Origin: Thecamonas trahens ATCC 50062
Taxonomy: Eukaryota; Protista; Apusomonadida
Length of the DNA stretch: 64,000 nucleotides
Assembly (NCBI RefSeq): GCF_000142905.1
Contig: NW_013657644.1
Location: 177,697 to 241,696, forward strand
Direction: 5' to 3'
Part shown: positions 55,994 through 64,000 of the stretch, piece by piece
Layout of the letters: every line of letters starts with the position of its first letter
How positions within the stretch are numbered: position 1 is the first letter of the stretch
Translations under genes and position numbers: made by a program
Notes under the pieces: generated by a model
Told to the model about the DNA's origin: nothing
The model's database searches: none
What the model saw: only the letters and a program-made list of their open reading frames with translations

Positions 55994-58280
55994 CTACCGC
56001 CGAAAGCCCTCGACCCAGGACTCGAGCGGATCGACAAAGCCGACGACGCCCTCCTCGACCAGCACGTGCTCGAGGGCGTCCGAGCCGACGCCGCCGGCCG
56101 AGGTGATGACAACCCGGGCGCGGACGCCGAGTGCAGACGCGATCTTGGCCCCAGTGTAGCGCGAGCGGAGCGCCGAGCCGACGGCTGGCACCCCGCTGGA
56201 GCCGTAGACGACGACGTTGTGCCCGCCGTCGGCCACAACAAACTGCGCGCCCCGGGTGGTGGCATCCATCACAGCCCGGCGCGAGAGTGGAAGCACGCCG
56301 CGGCGGCCAACCACCTCCTCACTCTCCCAAGCCACAAGGACAGGGTACAGGCCAGCGAGCACAGCGCGGGCATCGCCGAGAATCCAGGCGGCAGCGTCGC
56401 GGACGCCGCCGTCGCCGAGCGAGTCGCGGTTCGCGGAGCGCACGCACAGTGCATGCGCCACACGAAGAACGTGCGCGAGCTGTGGCGCGCCAACCTCGGC
56501 CAGCCGCTGCAAAAGCCCGCCGCTGCCCACGGCCACGTTGGGCACCAGCCGCTCGATGTCGGTCACCATGCCGCCGATGACCTGCGCCACCGCGTCGGCC
56601 GAGTGCTCGGCGCCAAGCGCCGAGAGGGCAAGGACCTTGGCCACAGGCGCGACCGCCATCGCAGCAAGCACGTCCCACGGCGAGGTGGCGAGCGACGCCG
56701 GCCGTGCCGAGACAACTCGAACCACAGGCACCATCCGCTTTGCGCTCGGAGAATAGACCAGCCCGCGGACCGCAAGCTGGACAATAGGAAGCGCAGGTAG
56801 CTTGGCCGACGCTGACTCGTACTCGAGCTCGACGACTAGGCCGGTGTGCACGCGGACAGCGCCGGTGCTGACCCGCGAGGCGACAAGCTCGTCAGCGGTG
56901 CAAGGCCCCGAGACGAGCCGGGTGCGGAGGCCGGTCGAGAGGCGGACGACAACTTGGGCGTCGTGCAGGATGTGGCCGCGGCTCTCGGCACGGCCGGCAA
57001 GAAACAGATCCTGCGGTAGCTCCGACGACGCGCCGCTTCCGGCCCCCATGGGCAGGTCGTACACCCCGAGGGCGCCGCCGGAGGCCGTGGCCAGGCCGGC
57101 GACGGCACCAAGGCCGATGGGTCCATTGAACAGCCGCAGGCCGTAGACCGAGACGGCGACACCGAGCTCGGCAGCACGCGCGCCAAGCGCCTCGTAGCCT
57201 CCAGACGCAACGTCGCGGGCGCTCGAAGCCAGCACCACGTTCACCGCCACCGTGTAGTGCTCCGATGTGGGAGAGGCCTCGACGAGGTCGAGGACGGCGG
57301 CAAAGGCGCCGGCCAGATCGGGAGCTCGCTCGGTTGCAGCCGCCAGCGCCGGCGCCGGCGCCGGACCCAGACCGGAAAGCGCGGCCGCCAGCGTCTCGTA
57401 CGAGCTCGCCTTTTCGGCGACGAGCCAAGGCCAGTCGACGACGTCGATGAGGGGGACGGCGTCGTCGCCGGCGCACGTCTCGACCCATCGGAAGACTGGC
57501 AACTCGGCGGTGTCATGGGTGACGGCAGCCAAGCCCATGCGGCAGCCGTCGAGCGCAATGAGGCCGACATGGGCGCCGGATGGCAAGCCTTCCAGCCCGC
57601 CGAGGAGGGAGGCTTGGACGTGAGCCAGTGTCTCTGCATCGGCGGTGACGTCGACCAGGTAGATGACCGCCAGGGCGGTGGTTAGACTCGCTGCAAGATC
57701 CACCTCGCCAGCATCAGTAAGCGCATCCAGATCCATGTCGACGTAGTCAACCACCGCTGACGCCAGCTCAGGCTGCTTGCTCTGGGATGCTGGCGTGGCG
57801 TAGCGAGCAGCAAGCACCGGTGTAGCCGGATCGTTCCAGGCGGTACACAGAGCACATCGCCAGCGACCACGATGCGCCCGAGCAGCTGAGAATGAACTCC
57901 ACGGAGTCATGTAGCTCCGGCAGCCCTCGCATCGGGCACACTCATCCATTCCCAGCGTCGGCGCCGAGACCAGACCAGCCGCCTCACACTCGCCCGTCAT
58001 CGGATCAGCCAGGACATACTCTGGAGCAAGCGGCGCCAATGCTGCAGCCACCGCCACAGGCACAGCATGAGCAGTCACGGCATCCTGAGGAAGGAGAGTG
58101 TGTGAGTGGCAGGGTGAGGGCGGAAGGGGGGGGGGGGGGAGGGGGAGGAGGGGGAGGGGAGGGTGACGGGGAGCGTACGGGCGGGAATGACGGTGTGGTC
58201 CAGGTGAGATCGGGTTGGAGGCGGAGATGTGATGAGGACTTGGTTTGGGACGGGGTGGAGGAGGAAGATGATCTGCTCAT
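55994..58280 (-). CDS. Divergent Sec23/Sec24-family protein (zinc finger plus vWA trunk); exons 58280-58179, 58084-55994
   Basis: RCEGCRSYMTP...WRCALCTAWN, PELASAVVDY, AVIYLVDV, HVGLI, LATASGG. Confidence 0.8.
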
Positions 58281-58547
58281 GTGATGTACGTTGCTGGTGA
58301 TCGTCGTGTGTGTGAAGGGGTGATGGGGGTGGTGGCGGGGGGGGGGGGGGGGAGGGGAGGGGAGGGAGGGTGGAGTGAGGTGGTCGGCTACGGGCGAGGA
58401 CTGGACAGCCAGGTGGTCAGGGATGGGCGGGATGTTGGGATCGGATACGGTGATGAGTGAGCAGAGAAGGGTGTGTCGTGGGGTGTGGGATGTGGGGTGG
58501 GGTGTGGGGTGTGTGTGGGGTGTGTGTGTGGGGGGCTCATCGGCGGT

Positions 58548-58987
58548 TTACAGCTCCGAGTGGTGGCCGAGGAGAGCGAGGGCGAGTGGCGATGAGGGTG
58601 CGAACCAGATGAGGTAGAGGTAGGACATGCCGATGAGCGAGCCAGAGGAGACGATGGCCGGGGAAGGGCGTTGCGGAGTGGGATGGTGCCGTAGACGAGG
58701 AGCTCGATGGCGTAGAAGCCGCCAGCAATGACAAACGAAGCCATGCAAACGATGAACAGGGCGTGATTGGAGGGATCAACAGCCGTGGCGATGCGGACAC
58801 ATGCCGCAAGTAGCGTCCACACAGCCCAGAGCCTCCCAGCCAGCGGACTGACCTGCTCCTTGGCCAGCGCAAACTGCTTCGTCTTTACCGTCTCCAGCGC
58901 AAAGTAGCCCTGCGAGGTGGCAAAGAGCGCAGCCGCAGACACAATGTACAGCCACACAGAGAGCACCGTACCAGCCTCGACCTCCAT
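58548..58987 (-). CDS. ERG28: ERG28-like sterol-biosynthesis scaffold protein; frameshift at about 58664
   Basis: VSPLAGRLWAVWTLLAACVR, SFVIAGGFYAIELLVYGT, then SPAIVSSGSLIGM in the next frame. Confidence 0.8.
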
Positions 58988-59307
58988 TTTCTCGTCCTGA
59001 AGGCAATAGAGGCTAGTGTAGAGAGGTGGCTCGGTGGCTCCAGTCTCCATCCGCCCTAGCTGCCGGCCATGGCTGTGTGTCTATCCAGGCCCGGGGGGGG
59101 GGGGGGGGGGCGTGGGAGCTGCTCCGATCACTGCTGGCGCCGATCGCGATCATAGTCGCGGCGATCGAGGACGAAAGGGCTTGAAAGCGGCCACCACCGT
59201 AGGCACCACCACCACCACCACCACCACCACCACAGCCAGCACACCACCGTCCTCACACGTCACACTTCACACACCAGCACCAGCACCTCTCCTCGTTTGC
59301 CCTTGCT

Positions 59308-59979
59308 ATGGCTTCGCTGCGGTTTGTGTCCGAGGCAGAGCTGCGTGAGGAAGAGGCAGCCGGGAAGAAGCCCGTGGCGGCAAGCGGCCCGCGCCAGTCG
59401 CTCTACGCACAGCTGCAAGCTCAGCAGGAGGCCAAGGATGCCGAGTGGGCAGAGAAGCATGGGCCGAGCACAGACATTCCGCAGTACGATGACGACGACA
59501 TCGCTTGGTGGAACGAGACCGTCCGCCTCCGCTCGGCTGCAGAGCGCCAGCGGGCCGACGACGAGGCCGACGCCGTCGCCCGCTTCAAGGCTGCACAGAA
59601 AGATCAGGTCATCGTGGCCCTTGCCGACGACGACGACGATGGAAACAACGACGACGATGGCTCGAAGGGCAAGAGTGAGGCTGGCGAGGCCGCAACCTCT
59701 TCGTCCGCTTCGCTTCCCTTGTCCGGCAACGCTGCCGCGAGCACTGTGCCCGCAGCGTCGCCCGCCGCCCCGCTTGGCCTTGCCCCGCGGTTCCAACTCC
59801 GTGTCAAACGCAAGCGCGATGCCGACAAGGCTGAACTCGATCCCGCGCCCGCTGCTTTGCCGCCGCCTTCCTCCCAGCCGCCACCCAAGCGTGCTCGGCC
59901 CAATCCGAGCCTCTCGGCCCTCATCGGCTTTGGATCCGACGACTCGGACTCGGACTCGGACTCGGACGCTGCGGCATGA
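59308..59979 (+). CDS. FAM192A/PSME3IP1 (NIP30/Fyv6)-like protein
   Basis: RFVSEAEL...SLYAQLQAQQEAK..EW...DDDDIAW; C-terminal LSALIGFGSDDSDSD. Confidence 0.75.
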   Translation: MASLRFVSEAELREEEAAGKKPVAASGPRQSLYAQLQAQQEAKDAEWAEKHGPSTDIPQYDDDDIAWWNETVRLRSAAERQRADDEADAVARFKAAQKDQVIVALADDDDDGNNDDDGSKGKSEAGEAATSSSASLPLSGNAAASTVPAASPAAPLGLAPRFQLRVKRKRDADKAELDPAPAALPPPSSQPPPKRARPNPSLSALIGFGSDDSDSDSDSDAAA

Positions 59980-60024
59980 CGCCGCTGATCTGCTTGTCGG
60001 TGGCGCGTAGCTTTAAACAGGACG

Positions 60025-61050
60025 ATGCCAGCATTCGGAATCAGCACACAGCCTCTACGTCTGCCCGCTCCGACAGCTCCAGTTTGGCTGATCGGCAAAG
60101 CGCAGCAGATCAACCGCAGTCAGCGCGTCAGAGTCTTGCAGCGGCGACATCTGACGCGTTTATCGCGGAGCATGTTCACCTCTATGCGGATGGTGCACAC
60201 GTCGACGCGTGTGGGAGGCAAGGCGTCGAAGCCTCTGGTGTGGCTGCTCAACTCGGCAGCGGATGCGGTGTCGAGCACGGCGTCGGGCGTCAACACGGTG
60301 GTGTCATCAGCCGGCTCGGCTGTGGCAGGCACCATCGAGTCGTCAGCAAAGGCTGCCAAGGATGTGCTGCCGCAAGAGCCGCTGGTCCCGTTGCCCAAGG
60401 CGGCGACGTCGAGCCTCTCGGCGGCGGCGTCGCTGGTCAGGGTCGGCACCTCGCTGACCAAGTCGGCGCTGGGCGCTGCTGCCCAGCTTGGCGGTGCTGC
60501 CGGCTCGGTGGTGGGCTCGGTGGTGGTCGATGCCGTCTCGGGCCGCAATGGCAAGGGCTCCCAGGCGTCGGCGCTAGGAGACGCTATGGATCCCGAGCTT
60601 GTTCGTGCCGCTACCCGGCTGGCGTCGACGACGTCGTCAGCAGTCATGTCGGTGCTCGACACGGCTGAGGCGGCGTCGGCTACCGTCGTCGACTCATCGC
60701 TGGGATCGGTCTCGTCGCTTGTCGGCCAGACGCTTGGGCCCGAGGCCGGCGACGTTGTCCGCGCCAACCTCACGGTGGTCAACGACGCAGTCAAGACCAT
60801 GTACAAGGTCAAGTCGTTTGGCATCCGCAAGATGGCCTCGTCGTCGGCCAAGTCGTTCCGCGACCAGGCCCTTCGCTCTGTCCTTGTGCTCTCGCCCGAG
60901 GTCGTCGCCGCCGCGCAGCCGTCATCCTCGAGCCACGTCCCGATTCCGCTAACCGACTCTGAAGATCTTGTGGTGATCCCTCTCATGACCGCCTCCAACT
61001 ACACCCACTCTCGCCCAGTCCGCTTCCCGCAAGCACACCAGCTAAAGTAG
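60025..61050 (+). CDS. Senescence/spartin-associated domain protein
   Basis: SVLDTAEAASATVVDSSLGSVSSLVGQTLGPEAGDVV...VKSFGIRKMA resembles the C-terminal part of the senescence domain. Confidence 0.6.
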   Translation: MPAFGISTQPLRLPAPTAPVWLIGKAQQINRSQRVRVLQRRHLTRLSRSMFTSMRMVHTSTRVGGKASKPLVWLLNSAADAVSSTASGVNTVVSSAGSAVAGTIESSAKAAKDVLPQEPLVPLPKAATSSLSAAASLVRVGTSLTKSALGAAAQLGGAAGSVVGSVVVDAVSGRNGKGSQASALGDAMDPELVRAATRLASTTSSAVMSVLDTAEAASATVVDSSLGSVSSLVGQTLGPEAGDVVRANLTVVNDAVKTMYKVKSFGIRKMASSSAKSFRDQALRSVLVLSPEVVAAAQPSSSSHVPIPLTDSEDLVVIPLMTASNYTHSRPVRFPQAHQLK

Positions 61051-61339
61051 CCTGCCAAGTCGCGATCAGGCCCCTCCGATTCACCCAAAGCTGCTGCCGT
61101 CACGCAGCCGTCATCATAGGACCACGTCCCTCCCCCCCTCCCCCCTCCCCCCCCTCCCCCCTCCCCCGGCCAGGCAACTCTGAGGACGTAGCCGACTGGC
61201 GAGTCCGACCAAGTCGGCAGCACTCGGCAGTCGGCGAAACGCCTGAAATGGAATTTTGGCATGGCTCGGCTGGCTGGCCTTGTGCCGGTTTTTGGCGACA
61301 TTCGACTCCCCTCGAGACCGGGGAGAGGAGGAGCAAGAC

Positions 61340-64000
61340 ATGGCGTTGTCAAGAGCCTCAGACAACGTAGTGGTACGTCGACAGCAAGTTTGAAGGCGAC
61401 CATGTGCCTGCCTGCCTGCCGAGGTGTAGGGGATATATAGAAGGGCCAGAGGAGGTAAAGGGAGAAGGGGGGAGGGAGGGGGGGAAGGCGGGGTCACAGG
61501 CGCTCTTCGCCGCGGGGGTTGGTGGCATGTTGTCGGTGGGAGAAAGCCCTCCCCCCCCCGCGCGTGCCGCTGGAAGAGCAAACCGTTCCGTTTCTAGCGA
61601 AAAAAAAGGGGCAAACACACCTGTAGCTGTACTCATGGCGTTCGGGAATGGTGACGACTGGTGTGTGTATGTGTGTGTGTGTGGTGGGGGGGANNNNNNN
61701 NNNNNNNNNNNNNNNNNNNNNNNNNNNNNNNNNNNNNNNNNNNNNNNNNNNNNNNNNNNNNNNNNNNNNNNNNNNNNNNNNNNNNNNNNNNNNNNNNNNN
61801 NNNNNNCGAGTGTGTGTGTGTGGTGGTGGTGGGGGGTGGGGGGGGGACGGTATAACTTGGACGGGTGACGGTTGTGTTGCTGGTGGTGGCTGTGGTGCGG
61901 GTGGCTGCATTGGTGGTGGTGGTGGTGGTGGTGGTGGTGGTGGTGGTGGTGGTGGCTCTGGCTGGTCGGCGATGGGCGGCGGTTGGTATGGGCAACAGGA
62001 GGTTTTCGACCGCCTCTCGGCCTTTGTGGCTGGAGGGCTCAACCATTCGAATGAGCTCCAGTCGCTGCTGCGAGAGCGGCAGGCCATCGAGGTCAAGTAC
62101 TACAAGGCGCTTGGCAAGCTGTATGCCACACACAAGACGTCGTCGCGTGATCGGCCGCTCTCTGCGGCGTGGGTCTCGACTCTCAAGGAGCTCAAGAAGA
62201 ACGCAGCAGTCCACAACGAGCTCGCGGATGGCCTCGGAGCGCTTGCCAGTGCGCTTGCGGGGACTACGACCGAGTTTGAGAAGCAGAGTCGGACGTTTGT
62301 GGGCGAGGGCTCCAAGTCGATCAAGTCGCTGCAGTCTGCGTACAACGCGGTGAAGAAGGCTGCCGGCGGTGCCGATTCGACGCAGGCGGAGCTTGCGGAC
62401 GCGGTTCAGGCGTACAAGCGGGCGCAGGCCAACCACAAGGCGAAGGACAAGGAGGTGACCAAGCTCGAGCGCAAGGTGTCGAACCTGGAGGAGAAGCTCT
62501 CCGATTCCAAGCTAGTGCTTGCCGAGAAGGAGAAGGCGTCGCGAACGCAGCAGACGATGCTGCTTGGCCTGCTGGACATTTTCCAGGAGACGTCTAACGT
62601 GTTCAACCGGTCGTTCCGGGCACAGTACGCCGAGCTTGCGCTCTCGCTGGAACGTGCGGCGCAGTCAGGCTACTCGCTCGCGCATCAGATGCGGACCGAC
62701 ATCGAGAACATCAACTCGCGGCAAGAGCTGACGTCGTTTGTGGTCGAGATGGCGGACGAGTCGGACGCGGCGTCGCGAGTCTCGGTCATGTCGCTTGTCA
62801 ACCCGACGGTCAAGGGCCGGCTGATGCTCAAGGAGTCTGGCGAGCACGCGTCCAAGTTTAAGGAGTACTTTTGTGTGTTCATGGCTTCGCAGTCGCGGCT
62901 GTACTGGTTTGCACACGAGGCTGCGAGCGAGCCCGTAGGCTCGCTCCTCATTCCGAGTGGTGAGGACGTGGTCGGCGCTCTGCATGCCTCGCTCTACGCG
63001 CGACCTTACGCGTTGATGGTGTGTGGCGGCGAGACGACGCTCCACCTGTGCGCACCGTCTCAGCACAACTACACAGCGTGGCTCCGGGCGCTGCGCGAGG
63101 CGACGATGGGGCCGTCGGCGCGCGAGAAGCTGGACCGCGATGGTGGCTTTGCCACCTCGCTCGAGGTGACCGTCGGCGAGCTCAAGGGCTTGACCAAGTC
63201 TGGCGAGTACTACAGCCTGCTTGGGTTTGGCGACCGGGTTGTGGCGCGGACGTCCAAGACCGAGACGACAAACAAGCCGCTGTGGGGCGACAAGTTTGCC
63301 TTTGAGGAGCTCCCTGCAGGCTCGTCGTCGCTCTCAATCAAGGTGTTCAAGGACAAGCACACGACCAAGGGTGACAAGTTCCGCGGGTGGGCGTCGGTTG
63401 AGCTCGCCTCGATTCGGCCCAACACCATGACCGAGGCGTGGTACCCATTCACGGCGGCTGCGAGCGGTGAGGAGGTCGGGCGGCTGCGGCTGAAGATCAA
63501 GCACACGGTGCTCATTGTGCGACCGCAGGATCACTACGCGGCGCTGTTCCAAGCCATCGACGCGGATCCTGCGCGGATGGTGGCGTTCTGCGAGATGGTG
63601 CCTGCGGCGCTGCGGCAGGTCACGGCCGGGCACCTGCTCCACGTCTACCACGCGCGCGGGCAGGTTGTGCCATTCCTCCACAAGCTCATTCACCACGAGA
63701 TCTCCAACACCAACGATCCGGGCATCATCTTCCGCGGCAACTCGCTGACGACCAAGGCGCTGGACCACTTTATGAAGATGGTGGGCATGGAGTACCTGCA
63801 CGCCACGCTCGGCCCGGTCATTGCGGATATCTACGCGTGCAAGGTCTCGTGCGAGGTCGACGCAAGCCTCACGCCCGAGTCAAACGTGCGCAAGGCGTGG
63901 AAGACACTCAACGGATTCATCTCGGACGCATGGAACGCTATCGTGCACTCAGCCGACTCGTGCCCGGCTGGAATGGTCTCGATCTTTAACGCGATTTCAC
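61340..64000 (+). CDS. F-BAR-PH-C2-RasGAP protein (3'-partial); exons 61340-61372, 61999 to window end
   Basis: Frame open from 61999 to the end, so absent from the ORF track: LRERQAIEVKYYKALGKL (F-BAR), FKEYFCVF...LYWF...AWLRAL (PH), ARTSK...PLWGDKF...EAWYPF (C2), IFRGNSLTTKALDHFMKMVGMEYL (RasGAP). Confidence 0.85.
61911..61955. repeat. (GGT)n microsatellite in the RasGAP intron
   Basis: About 15 consecutive GGT units. Confidence 0.9.

Noticed and set aside
61865-62353. Poly-Val/poly-Trp/poly-Pro ORFs
   Set aside because: Translations of an intronic GGT microsatellite

Overview
This is gene-dense, GC-rich eukaryotic nuclear DNA from a protist. The short spliceosomal introns lie mostly near gene 5' ends and have GTACGT/GTAGGT donors, CTCAC/CTTAC branch points and YAG acceptors. 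The style suggests an apusomonad such as Thecamonas trahens, but that is inference only. I can support about 34 protein-coding genes and 2 tRNA-Ala genes (CGC, TGC). Three N-gaps interrupt the assembly. Recognisable products: tandem class III nucleotide cyclase, MDR oxidoreductase, Pumilio, HSP20-like, MaoC dehydratase, PhzF-like, TEY-type MAPK, SNF7/CHMP4, ELP2, MINDY deubiquitinase, LMF, PH-PDZ protein, Kizuna-like protein, CSN6, Prune/PPX1, NEK kinase, S10 carboxypeptidase, ankyrin-WW, Orai-like channel, F-box-ankyrin, VPS16, acyl-CoA synthetase, MAPEG, CCCH-TRM9, DEP-DUF547, P-type II ATPase, Sec23/24-like, ERG28, FAM192A-like, senescence-domain protein and an F-BAR-PH-C2-RasGAP. The clearest cross-cutting signal is eight single-base frameshifts in six otherwise intact genes. 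Seven are repaired by adding one base to a homopolymer, so they are most likely sequencing errors, though recoding or RNA editing is testable. No CRISPR array, rRNA or recognisable mobile element was seen. All domain calls come from motif recognition by eye, not from database searches.
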